Source: Amphiscolops sp. MND2022
Lineage: Eukaryota
Reading direction: 5' to 3'
Length of the DNA: 64,000 nt
Assembly: GCA_964187785.1 (NCBI GenBank)
Contig: OZ076409.1
Location: 55,988,001-56,052,000, forward strand
The position numbers were made by a program, and so were the translations under genes. The number at the start of each line of letters is the position of its first letter. The stretch's first letter is position 1. The notes under the pieces are model-generated. The model saw nothing but the letters and a program-made list of their open reading frames with translations, searched no databases and was not told where the DNA came from. Below, one piece after another: positions 49,701-64,000 of the stretch.

Positions 49701-50460
49701 TTTAGCGGAGCGCCCAATTGGGTGCCGGCCTGCTATTCATTAGTGAGAAGTTATCTGCGAACTATGAATCATCAGAGCTCTATCACTGGTCACTTTATGT
49801 GTCAATCACATCCCGATTTAGTTGAGCTAGCTATGTGAACAACTCTGGAAAAATGGTTCAACTGCAGCATCACTGAAAAAAGGGTCACCAGTTTCAAAAT
49901 ATTGCAACTCACGCAGAAGAAAAGTGTTACTAAAAAAACTACTAAAAACTACTAAAAAAAGTGTTACTAATGCAATTCTGAAACAACGGCTACTTAGAAC
50001 GGCAGATAAATCAAGCTAATTTTTTGTTTCTTGTGAAAAGTCATAGGTTTTCGGATGTCGAATTGAACTTCCATAACACTTTAGTTTAACTTGATTCTGC
50101 TATTCATAACTATTCCAACCATTCAACAATTCATTTTAACCCTGGCAAAACATCGGCCTTTCCTTTCATGGTTATGACACTTTGATTGTTTTCAGTGGAC
50201 AGGGTAAGCGTACAGTTGGGATTCTTTTTGATCTCTTCAATTTTCTGACTGTCTTTATGGGTCAAGAAAAAGGCCTTGCTGTGAGTCGTATGTTCGATGA
50301 CATGCATCCATCGCTGACCAGGTGCTGAGTTCTCTTGAGTTGCAATAGTGGCCAGTAACCCGAAATAACCACACGAAGAGTCAGTCTGAGAAACTAGACA
50401 AGATGTTGACAAGTTGATCATCAAATCGTAAGGATTCACAGGGCACTCCGACAACTTCAT
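46762..50460 (-). CDS. Divergent pyridoxamine 5'-phosphate oxidase-like FMN-binding split-barrel protein (~215 aa, 2 exons)
   Basis: Exons 50460-50141 and 47089-46762 (phase 2; GTTAAA donor, weaker AAG acceptor). Layout follows PdxH/PNPO: PVNPYDL, LATI..PGQR, FFLTHKDSQKIEEIKKNP, MKGKA, IGWLCSANQ, IPCPEF, terminal W.LRR. Confidence 0.7.
47770..48420 (-). mobile_element. HINE family A 3' portion in the PNPO-like intron
   Basis: aaaccgggaacggcctaatccggtgcccgctcaagg followed by family modules. Confidence 0.6.
49249..49735 (+). mobile_element. HINE family A, old full copy
   Basis: tttttagtcaaagcttttcccaagaaaagactcgactatagtg ... gcggagcgcccaattgggtgccggcctg. Confidence 0.55.
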
Positions 50461-51902
50461 AGCACAAAAGCTGCCAGATTTCTCTGAAAGCTGTCACCAT
50501 CATGTATCAAGGAGATAGAAGCAGTAATGAGTTAAATTTCAAATCAGACTTGATCGAGGCAGCTTCCTAATTAGATTGCACAAATTTGACCTCCGTTATA
50601 ACGGACTGCAAAATTTAGGGAAGCCTAAACTTCCGACGACAGCTCAGGGATATTTGATAAAAACAATGAATTTTTGGGAAAAAAATGCCATCAGCTAATG
50701 AGATCTAAGAGTGAGAAGATCGCATCCATACGCCATCAAATTGAAAGTCAATGAATTTTTTGTTCCAAACTTTGATAATAGTGATTGTCATTCATGTTGC
50801 GTTCAAGTTGGTGTCTCACAAAAGGTGAGCACAGCCTAAACTAAAAGAAAATCTCAAACTTACAGCAATACACACAGGTCTTGGTGATTTTACCCGTAGA
50901 GCGCATTCTTGCCCTCATAGGGGGCGTCATGCTCCAATTTTCTTTTCAGTTATTCAAGTCGGTTCTGACTCTCAATATCCGAAATCTTTGAAATGAAGTT
51001 CGGCGTCCTATTCAAGATCATAATCTGACGATTAGAGAAACCTTGAAACAGTTAAAACAGTAGAAAATTTGTTATATCTCCTAATATCAATGGAAATTAC
51101 TACGGACGTTATTAGTAAGTGCTATATGAAACCGGCATGGGCAGAAATTTTGCGTTTGAGTTAGTCATGAAACAAGATGGTTGGTAAACAGCGGAATATT
51201 TTCCGCCCGAGCTAAATTAGCGCAGACCTCTTGAGGCTCGGTCGTGAAAATTTCTACATGTTCTATCTACATCACACTTCTACATCTCAATTCTTTCACA
51301 ACTAGCTTTGGAACACACTGAAAGACTGTTTTTCCAAATAAAGTATGTTAAGTTGCCGAACTTTGTCTTTGAACTCCATGGATAATCATACTTACAAAAC
51401 TGCCAAAAAAGCATGAAACTCTCAAAAAGAGATGTGGCTTTTGATTGGGCATTTTGTGAGATTTAAAACCGTCAGCTTTCTTAATTTGAGAAAATGCTGA
51501 ATGACAATTATTGTGTCTTCGAATGCCGTGATTATTCAAACTCACAAAAAATTTCGAAAATAAATCAACACAGTTGAAGTAGGAAAGGTTTTTGTGGGGT
51601 TTCAGGGACATTTTATAGAGAAAAGGCTTCAAAAAATCCGAGGTAAAAACTCCATAAGAGAGGGGGGTCCTATGTTTTCGAGGTTCTGGACGTCGATGTT
51701 TTTGTTTTGGACAAGGTTCTGGCGCTTCGAGTATGTTTTGGACGCCCGTAGTTCAAGTTGATTTCGAAAACGCCTACTAAAAACCTTGCGAATCAAAATA
51801 TGTATCTTCGACTTTTTGGCAGGCATCGTTGAAAAAACTGATTTTTTCCCTATAAAGCATGTTGGACGGCTTATTGTGTACTTTTGGACCACTCAGGACC
51901 TG

Positions 51903-52965
51903 ACAGCGGAAAGCGCGTCAAAACGTTGTGAACAATCTCACAACATTGCAGTATTCGGAATGATTGCTTGTTTCCAGTTCCCATACGAATTAATTTAAAG
52001 TTGAACATTTGCAAAATGCACTGCAAAGAGGTGATAAACCTAGTAAAAAAAATCCATCAGCACACAATCTTTTGAAAAAAAAGCACTGGATTTGGGTTCG
52101 AGTAAAAAACTTGCTTTTATAGCAAAAACAACACGGACTTCAAGGGCGACACAGAGTCAATACCAATGTGCATGATTTGCGGATATAACGAGAAGTTGCC
52201 AGATTGACGCAACATCAAGAGAAGGTTCCATCCAGAAAAATTCCAAAAACCAAGAAAACGAAATGCTAACAGTACTAACCGGAAAACAAAAAAAGATTAT
52301 CTGAAAATATGCATTGACTGGATTCGACAGAGGATACATTGGAAAAGTGGTTTTTACTGAAAAAGAAATTAACCTAGATGGGCCGGGTATATAGAGAACA
52401 TAGAGCAAGAACAATTTAGGGAATCTCCAAAAATTCAGAACCAAAAGACAAGCTGGAAGTTGTAGTTAGAGTTGCGACAAGTTTTTTCCCAATGGCAAAC
52501 TTTTCGTGAAAAAGGTTCCCAGCAGGATAAATTCCATGAAATACCAGTCAACTTTATCTGGATTCGCTGTACCTGCGCTTAGGGACATCATGTATAATGA
52601 TCATATTCTCCAACAGGCCAAATGTAGTAATCACATTGCCTAGTCGACACTGTAACGTTTCGAAAATCGTAGAATTGATGCCCTCAATTGACCCAGTAGA
52701 AGCCTTGATTTACACATCACGGAGAATGTCTGAAATATACTGAGCAATTTGGTGTATGATGGCCCGCAACCCAAAAAAGTGAAAATTAGAAAACCTAATG
52801 TCGAAAAAGCGGTTATGGACATAAATTTGAGTTGTTCAGATCGATTGATTAAGTTATTTGACTGCGCCGGTTCGAGTCGCTCGCATTATAGAGAAAAAAG
52901 GTTTTTATTAAACTATTTCCGGTGTTTTCTTCATGGCTGTCCAAAACGTTTTGACGCGTTTAGCG
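51903..52965 (+). mobile_element. Decayed Tc1-family transposon with transposase pseudogene (~52280-52870)
   Basis: VVFTEKEINLDGP; ILQQAKCSNHIA; N*PSRSLDLHITENV*NIL...VY (compare FSDEKKFNLDGPD, FQQDNA, WPxxSPDLNPIENVW); degenerate TIR gcgcgtcaaaacgttgtgaaca / tgtccaaaacgttttgacgcgt. Confidence 0.75.
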
Positions 52966-54342
52966 TCGATGAACTCGAATGGCATGTTTTACAATGGTTC
53001 AAAAAGGTTTGACGCACAGCGAAGGTATTTTGGGAAACTCTTCAAAAAACTTGATTTTTTTCGAAAAAAAGCATCCTGTGTAGCTGGTTTTGGAATTTTT
53101 AAAGATATTCTAACCTATGGAAAATCTTAACTACAAAAATTGATTGAAATTTTTTTGGGGTCAACTGATTTTGGGGTCAGCCAGAAAAGTCCAAAAATCT
53201 GTACGAAAACATATCGCAGGAAACCAATATTATGTCAGTTGAATTCTATGGGAAAACACCTTCAATTTGGCTATGACATTGGAACATGGCAAATTTTGGT
53301 GAAAACTTTTGAAAAAAACGCGGTTCAGTGAGAAATTTCTTTCCCGTATTGATTTACGGGCGAAAAACTAGAAGTGGTTCTTCGGTAGTGAACGACTTTA
53401 ACATGATCTGAAGTGTCTCTACTTGAATACTTGGTACTTAGCAACCATATGAAAGCGGAAAGAGACTTTTTCACTTTATCATTTATCTTTTACTTTATCC
53501 CAAATTATCTTTTAAAACTAAGGCTTTCCAAGCGTTGAGTTGGGCACTGAGTAAAACCGTTGACGGCTTATTTCAACGTAGACTCGACTCAGGAAGTTGG
53601 AAATTGTGAACAAAAATAACAAACGGTATTTTAGAATAACCTAAAACATGGCTCACATGGTGGAACTACATCCTGTTCTGTAACGATACGAAGCCCCCTA
53701 TTCAGTATCGGGCAGAAACGTCAATGAAAATGGTAGGACTCAGCAAAACTGCAGATAAAAATTCGGAATTGAGAAAATGAAATTGGGGAAATTTTGATCT
53801 GGTTATGAAACAAACTATATTCGAATTATTTTGAAAGCCGACTAAACTAGCGCAAGATGTGAACTACTGAAAGTATTTTGTTAAACAGTGTTCATTACAT
53901 CCTTCTTCTAACGAAGTTGTTCACTCTTATTGATACCGGAAAAATTCAACTATTACTATAAGTTATACTTTTACTTAAATCGTTCAACCCACCACCTAAA
54001 TGCAACTGCCGAGATATGACGTTGAAATTGGCAGAAATTACGCGAGTAAGTCTAAGAAACCCCAAACTGCTTCAGATTGATGCAAAACACCTTGTTCTAT
54101 AACATTGGACTTTCACACTTTTCAGGAGACAAAATAAATTAGGTTATAATATTCTTTGAATTCAAGTTTACCAAACCAATCTGTGAAAATTGCTAAATTG
54201 CAAATAGTTTCCAGTTCAACCGATAAAATCCAAATAAGGTTATGAACAACGACGAAGAAAAGGTGTACGTATATCCAAGAACCAGAATAAATCGATGGGT
54301 GTGTACATGTAAGAAGAGCAGCACGTAGAATACATCTGGGTG

Positions 54343-56685
54343 TCAGTATCGTTTATGATTGCTGGTGGGCAGAATGGAGCCCTTTGCAGTGTCAAACAAC
54401 TTGAGGAGACCAGATCTCCGACTCTTCGACTTCAGATAACTCGATACCACGTCATCATCTGAACATCAATGACCAAATATTTAATCGGATGTATACACGC
54501 TGTATAGCCGCAGCTCTGATTTTTGACCGTTGGAAAAACCGTTTCTAATCGAGGTCGTCTTTTTGAAGTTTACACTCAATTACTTTGAGTGGTACGTGGT
54601 ACTCAATACCTGATAAAACTTTTGTCATGAAATTTAGAAACCTTTACAAAAATTAGCAGCAACGGGATACGAAAACATTTTTAGCAAATTACACTGGCAG
54701 CAAAGCAATTTCATGCTTTCAAATGTGAATAAAAGATTTTCATGGAAAACTCCCTGAACTTGGGTTTGAGTAATATTATCAATAGTAATACGCTATTTCG
54801 GAATAAAAGAGATCACATTCACCAATTATGTAGGATCAACAAGTTTGTGAAATTATCTATGATCGAAAGATTTCATTATTATTATTACACCATACGTGTA
54901 GATCCCTAAATGTAGGAGCGAAGTGACATGCTACTACGTAACTAGCACAGGTTTAAACTAAGGTGAAACGCCCCACGAGGAGAAAGGCCAAGTCATACTT
55001 TTATTTTTAGCTTCTAAACTCATATTGAAATGATCGTTTCCGAGCCTAAATATTATGATTGCAATCAATGATGCTAAAGAAAGGCTACCTAACTTAGTTT
55101 TATCATTAAAGCATGTCTCGTCAAATGCTTCATCAACCTTTGAACGCTCTTTCATTGAAGCATTTGAGAACTTCCATCGCTGTTGTCAAACCGTAGTTTC
55201 ATTCATGTCAAATTCTTTATTGGTGAAAGTTGAGTAACAAAAATTAGTACCTTTGTTGATGAGAGGTGAAAACTCGGACCCGTTGACGGATGATTGGTTG
55301 CCACTGGAGAAGTAGTTGTTCTGGTACGACGAAGAAGAGGAAGGGACAGTGTAAGGCAGCACGGAATCATTCGCACTGAGGGACACGAAGAACATGAAAG
55401 GTGTGGGCCACACGACCAGAGTGAAAAACGCCAGCACCTGTATCAACCCATTTGCATAAGCAAAACCATTTGCATAAGCATCCAGAATTTTTTGCAACAC
55501 GGAAACAAGAAGAACTCACTGTATTAATCTGTATGTTACTACAAATCTGAACAGGGCAAAAGAAGTCATATTACTGAAGCCCTGTTACTGACCCAAGGCA
55601 ATCTACAAAAGAAGTCGCACCTTGGACGTACACAGTCAAATGAAACAGGTCAAATCCACTTGAGCTTAATTTTAGCAGATAAGTGTCAAGTGAAAGTAAT
55701 TTAACTGGCTAATCTGAAAAATTTTGAAATTATAGAGCAACAAAAAACCTCTCTTCTTAGACCTTTATTCCACGTGAAACAAGACTATTTCTAATTGCGC
55801 CCCATTCTCTGGAACTAAAAATTACAAACATTTGCAGGTAAAACCAACCTCGGGAAAATCGAAGAACTGGTCTTTGAAGAATTGGAAGATGACGACGTGG
55901 CTAGCTATTGTGCAGGCTGAAACAAAATATTTTTTTTTCATGAAGTAGAACCTCATCTCATGATGATGGTGAAACTTTAAATTTAGGCAATAAAGATTGA
56001 TTTTTCGAAAAAAAACAACGTCTCAGAAAGCACCCAACAATTCAACAAAGTCTTCAATGTTATGCACTAGATGTTTGTATATCAGTTATGATTTTTCTAA
56101 CCGACAGAGGCGATGAAGACGGGAGAAGAGAGAACGAAAAAGGGGAACGAAGCGAGTTGAAGATAATGCACGACGTTGCTGATAAGGCACACCACTAGCA
56201 CTAGGGAAGACAAGTCTTCAAACATCCACATGCCCACGGAAAGAACAGTGGATAGCTGAAACAACTCTGGTCAATTTCAACTGCAACGAGTGACTTCAAA
56301 TGGACTTAGACTACTAATTAACTCACTATCAAACACCAAGTGATGAACCTCTTGGTGGCACAGGTGTATTCTTCCACTACTTCGGCCAGATAAAACAGAG
56401 CAGCCGCTGGAAACATGAATAGAGGAAAATGTCGTAGGTTGAACAAAGCGAGATGAGATTATGACAACCGAATTAGAAACGTATTTCAATAGTGTGCAAA
56501 AAATAATCATTCATCTGATGAACATTCATTCACTAATATGTTTTTTGTTTTTAAAAAAGGTTCAAGCAATGAAAAACCTCTTAGCACCATAAAGGTACAA
56601 AACCCAGCTTACCCATCGCTAATGTGATGATACAGATTTGCACAAACGTAGCCGCCCACGAGAAAGCAGCCAAAAACAAGCCCAT
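54343..56685 (-). CDS. TEX261: TEX261 / Svp26-family membrane protein (~225 aa, 6 exons)
   Basis: Phase-consistent exons 56685-56613, 56406-56327, 56255-56102, 55916-55849, 55437-55251, 54458-54343. Translation MGLFLAAFSW..ITLAMAAALFYLAEVVEEYT..FPFFVLSSPVFI..EVLAFFTLVVWPTPFMFFVSLSANDSVLP..DDVVSSY..ILP matches TEX261 family motifs. Confidence 0.9.
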
Positions 56686-56956
56686 CTTTTCTATGACTCA
56701 ATTCTACATAAAACCTGAAAAACAGTTTTTCATAATGAGAAATTCCGCTATTCATAAATACTGCATAGAAACGAAAAATTACGAAATAAAATTTGGATAT
56801 TACATACAATGACACAATTCGAAATTAGTAATTTTAAGGTTATTGTCAGTATCAGCTAAAAAAATAGTAAATAATGAAATGAAAGCATTATTATTCATAA
56901 ATACATGAAAAATATAGTGATAATGTACCATAAGCTCAAGCTAAAACTGAGCAAGG

Positions 56957-58703
<1,747 letters not shown>

Positions 58704-59071
58704 GTTGGACAGTCATGGCTTGACTAGAACATCTGCATATCTCACAGCATCTGGAAAAGGAATTTCATAGTTCAGGTGCTAAAATCCCGATAAAGTCGCG
58801 TGGTCCCGCAAGAAGTTCAAACAACGAAATCTAACTATATAAGATTCTTGAAAAAGGACCCTACTTTCCGGAGAATATGACACAGACCAAATCGAGTTAT
58901 GAGTTTTAGCAGACTATAATATTCACATCCATTCATATGGACTCACTTGTCAGAAAATATCATTAGGCTCAGGATGAATTTCATGATTAAAAATTGAGTT
59001 CTTTGGATTTATTATGAACAGGCCTTTGCAATAAATAATTGCAATATATTGCCAAAAATTTCTCTGCAATA

Positions 59072-60168
59072 AATCTAAGGCTCAAAAATAGCAAAAGGAC
59101 TTCAAAATGTCAAACTATTTGTGAATTGGGGACCCCTTTATGAAAAATTTGAAAAAAATCTCACAATGCCGAAAAAACTGAAAGGCGGGACCCTTTGGTC
59201 TCGTCCGGTATTGTATGTTACGCGGGAAACTTTTTTGGTTCAGTTCCTTGGGACAACGGGTACAACTTGGCGGCTTCTTAAAATTTTGTAGAACTTTTGG
59301 GGTCGAACTATTTTGGTCACTTCAGGTGTATCGAAAACAAAAACACAGACGAAAAGCCATGACTATAGTCGACTCTGATCTCTAGAAACGCGCCGACTAA
59401 AAATTCAGTTGTTTCTTCTGCCGGGAACTTTACGATTTTAGTTGTTGTGACAGTCTGTCACCTCTATAATCTTTTACCTTTTTGTTACTGGTATATAATT
59501 TCTTCTCCTATTTCGCAAACATTGATACAATTTTTCCAACTAGCTGTTTCTTCTGTTTTGCAACATGAAAACAATGAGAAATCGGAAGGGTATCTAAAGG
59601 AATAATCAAACAAGCCGAGAACGGCCAAAGTCGGCGCTATATCTAAGGCTCAAAATTGTAAAAGGGGGGACTCTTTGGGCTTTGTGAAACTCCAGCTGGT
59701 TGAAAAATATGAAAAAAATTGAAGGGGGGACCCTTTAAGGACTGAAAAAAATTGCCCAAAAAAATTTTAAAATGTGATTTTTGAACAGTGTCACAGTGCC
59801 GAAAAATGTAAAAGGGGGGACCCTTTGGAATTTTCTGACATCCATTGTGTTTTAAAATATCGAAACAAATAAAGGGGGGACCCTTTGGTGCAATCCAAAA
59901 AGTTTCAAAAAAAGTCGCATAGTGCCGAAAAAAAGTGAGGGGGGGGAGGCTTAGGGGAGATCGTTAGTGTGTTGTCGAGGTTTTGTTTGTTTTGTTTTCT
60001 TTTTCGTTTTGGACGCGCTTCTTAGGTTCGCCAAGTTGTTGAAGAAATGAACTGAACAAAGAACAAAAAGAAAAGACAGAAAGAAAAGTGGCACTTTCGT
60101 GTCTAAAAAAAAAAACTACCCACTGTAATAGTCGGGCACATTTTCTACTAAAATGCGCCGACTAAAAA
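59072..60168 (-). mobile_element. Two HINE family A copies (59072-59403 truncated, 59608-60168 full), duplicated at 61381-62482
   Basis: aacaagccgagaacggccaaagtcggcgc ... tgcgccgactaaaaa. Confidence 0.8.
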
Positions 60169-60730
60169 CACCTAATTTGTCACAGCACCCTCCTCCATGT
60201 CAATTCGAGTGATCGGATGTTTTTTCACTATCAGATATCATGATCTTCGTCATCAATCAAGTGACATGTGTGTCATCATGCTGGGGAGAAGACAGACACC
60301 CGTGGTCTGCAACGAAAGGAGGAAACCCCATACCAGCCACTATTCCAGTAGCAACAAAAACATCGAACTACTCATACCAACCACAATCCCAGTCGACCGG
60401 TAGAAACAAATTAATAGTTTCATATCTGTGTATGGTCATCTCACAATTGACGGGCCCTAAGCGGAGACCTGCTAATTCAACGATAGATGACAGCATTCAT
60501 TTTACAAAATGTAAAAAATCAAATCATGATGGAAGTTCCGATTTTTCGGAAAATTAAATTGGGAATCGGGATCGTGACGTTGTGAATCGAATCGGGAATG
60601 GGCCGTTTTTGGACCTCGGAATCGGAACCGAGTCATGTTTTTCGACCCTTTGACCTCATGATACCATGGAAAATGACCCTATGACCACATAGACGGCCAA
60701 AAAGGACCCTATGACCCCGTGGAAAAGGAC

Positions 60731-61021
<291 letters not shown>

Positions 61022-64000
61022 TCATGGCTTGACTAGAACATCTGCATATCTCACAGCATCTGGAAAAGGAATTTCATAGTTCAGGTGCTAAAATCCCGAT
61101 AAAGTCGCGTGGTCCCGCAAGAAGTTCAAACAACGAAATCTAACTATATAAGATTCTTGAAAAAGGACCCTACTTTCCGGAGAATATGACACAGACCAAA
61201 TCGAGTTATGAGTTTTAGCAGACTATAATATTCACATCCATTCATATGGACTCACTTGTCAGAAAATATCATTAGGCTCAGGATGAATTTCATGATTAAA
61301 AATTGAGTTCTTTGGATTTATTATGAACAGGCCTTTGCAATAAATAATTGCAATATATTGCCAAAAATTTCTCTGCAATAAATCTAAGGCTCAAAAATAG
61401 CAAAAGGACTTCAAAATGTCAAACTATTTGTGAATTGGGGACCCTTTTATGAAAAATTTGAAAAAAATCTCACAATGCCGAAAAAACTGAAAGGCGGGAC
61501 CCTTTGGTCTCGTCCGGTATTGTATGTTACGCGGGAAACTTTTTTGGTTCAGTTCCTTGGGACAACGGGTACAACTTGGCGGCTTCTTAAAATTTTGTAG
61601 AACTTTTGGGGTCGAACTATTTTGGTCACTTCAGGTGTATCGAAAACAAAAACACAGACGAAAAGCCATGACTATAGTCGACTCTGATCTCTAGAAACGC
61701 GCCGACTAAAAATTCAGTTGTTTCTTCTGCCGGGAACTTTACGATTTTAGTTGTTGTGACAGTCTGTCACCTCTATAATCTTTTACCTTTTTGTTACTGG
61801 TATATAATTTCTTCTCCTATTTCGCAAACATTGATACAATTTTTCCAACTAGCTGTTTCTTCTGTTTTGCAACATGAAAACAATGAGAAATCGGAAGGGT
61901 ATCTAAAGGAATAATCAAACAAGCCGAGAACGGCCAAAGTCGGCGCTATATCTAAGGCTCAAAATTGTAAAAGGGGGGACTCTTTGGGCTTTGTGAAACT
62001 CCAGCTGGTTGAAAAATATGAAAAAAATTGAAGGGGGGACCCTTTAAGGACTGAAAAAAATTGCCCAAAAAAATTTTAAAATGTGATTTTTGAACAGTGT
62101 CACAGTGCCGAAAAATGTAAAAGGGGGGACCCTTTGGAATTTTCTGACATCCATTGTGTTTTAAAATATCGAAACAAATAAAGGGGGGACCCTTTGGTGC
62201 AATCCAAAAAGTTTCAAAAAAAGTCGCATAGTGCCGAAAAAAAGTGAGGGGGGGGGGGGGAGGCTTAGGGGAGATCGTTAGTGTGTTGTCGAGGTTTTGT
62301 TTGTTTTGTTTTCTTTTTCGTTTTGGACGCGCTTCTTAGGTTCGCCAAGTTGTTGAAGAAATGAACTGAACAAAGAACAAAAAGAAAAGACAGAAAGAAA
62401 AGTGGCACTTTCGTGTCTAAAAAAAAAAACTACCCACTGTAATAGTCGGGCACATTTTCTACTAAAATGCGCCGACTAAAAACACCTAATTTGTCACAGC
62501 ACCCTCCTCCATGTCAATTCGAGTGATCGGATGTTTTTTCACTATCAGATATCATGATCTTCGTCATCAATCAAGTGACATGTGTGTCATCATGCTGGGG
62601 AGAAGACAGACACCCGTGGTCTGCAACGAAAGGAGGAAACCCCATACCAGCCACTATTCCAGTAGCAACAAAAAACATCGAACTACTCATACCAACCACA
62701 ATCCCAGTCGACCGGTAGAAACAAATTAATAGTTTCATATCTGTGTATGGTCATCTCACAATTGACGGGCCCTAAGCGGAGACCTGCTAATTCAACGATA
62801 GATGACAGCATTCATTTTACAAAATGTAAAAAATCAAATCATGATGGAAGTTCCGATTTTTCGGAAAATTAAATTGGGAATCGGGATCGTGACGTTGTGA
62901 ATCGAATCGGGAATGGGCCGTTTTTGGACCTCGGAATCGGAACCGAGTCATGTTTTTCGACCCTTTGACCTCATGATACCATGGAAAATGACCCTATGAC
63001 CACATAGACGGCCAAAAAGGACCCTATGACCCCGTGGAAAAGGACTCATGGAAAAATTAAAGGAATATATATGAAAAATAGGTGACAAAATCACGAGGAA
63101 AACAAGGTCTTTGAGTTAAAACTGAATTGTCGAAACTCCAAAACTTCTCAAAACTTACTTATCAGTATCATACCATTAATAACTACACCTTAACTAACTA
63201 CTTTAAATTACGTAAATTTAAGCAGCGTATTTTTAAATTACACCAAAAATCGTATTAAGTACGACAAATAGGCCTAAAACGAGGTGATTTTATTAGCATC
63301 AAGGAGCAGGTGGCCATCTTAAATCAATTGAAATTTGGGAAAGATCTGATGGCGCGCCACTCATAACCTTCACAACCTTCAAATTCTGCAGCTGAGTAGC
63401 CGGCCTGGAAAACGATGGGATCTTTATGCGAAATACCGCAAACAAAGTAATACCCAAATCATATGTCTGCAAATCGGACGAAGGGTTTTTTTGCCTCAGT
63501 TTACAGTTGCAATTGGGAACAGCTGATATGAAAACGTTAGCAAAATCAGTTCTAGACGAAACCCTGATGTCAATCTGGTCTTTGTGTTTCGTGTACGCCT
63601 CAACAAACTATCGCATTCCGCAATCCCATGGGTACACCTGCTGTTAGGATGTTGTAAACGCCTTCGATGGAAAAGACCTGAAATGTGAAAAGTGAACTAA
63701 GCTGAACTCTAAAACGAAACTCAGGTTTGTCACAAAACTACCTGTATGGGATGCCACTAGGCCAATATTCACGTGTAGAATTTGAATCCTGACGTCGTTT
63801 AACAAAGCGAAAGGAGCGGGTGGGATCAGAATGGGGAATGTATGGATCATCACATCGGATTATACGTTCTGGATTGCAATTCGCTTGTTGTATATAGTCA
63901 GTTAATTGGTCTGTTATGTTATTGACAACAGAGTTTTCATATGACGACTGGCGAAGTGTGAGTTGTTCAGACGACGGTCCCTGGGCAGCAACAATTTCTC

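Noticed and set aside
55133..55250. TEX261 ending at 55186 or 55133
   Set aside because: Exon 54458-54343 encodes the conserved DDVVSxY...ILP C-terminus, so it is the main last exon.
55448..55481. 18-bp-period duplication (ccatttgcataagca x2) giving AYANGF/AYANGL in the ORF track
   Set aside because: Intronic, upstream of the exon 5 acceptor; simple slippage.
63300..64000. Plus-strand gene start divergent from ATE1
   Set aside because: Some splice-like sites, but no consistent frame or recognisable motif before the window ends.

Overview
AT-rich, intron-containing eukaryotic DNA, probably from an invertebrate animal (species not determinable from the sequence). Four host genes can be rebuilt by hand from GT-AG splice sites with matching phases, all on the minus strand: (1) the 5' part (8 exons, about 980 aa) of a ZC3H7/HELZ2-like multi-zinc-finger gene (11305->3581, probably continuing leftwards); (2) a divergent two-exon pyridoxamine-5'-phosphate-oxidase-like gene (50460->46762); (3) TEX261 (56685->54343); (4) arginyl-tRNA--protein transferase ATE1 (58703->56957). 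The rest is mostly transposon-derived: a full-length decayed BEL/Pao LTR element (40120-46212, 5-bp TSD) inserted in a Penelope-like RT fragment; three hAT-type elements with 8-bp TSDs; pogo, Tc1 and MULE-like MITEs; Gypsy, LINE and Tc1 remnants; and three families of non-autonomous Helentron-type (HINE/DINE-1-like) elements. One HINE family has about 20 copies or fragments here, some carrying a tRNA-like Pol III cassette; another carries a 172-bp tandem array. There are three near-identical 1.1-2.3 kb tandem duplications, one duplicating the first coding exon of ATE1, plus an older inverted copy of the last ATE1 exon. No prokaryotic features or CRISPR array. All family assignments come from motif recognition, not from searches.
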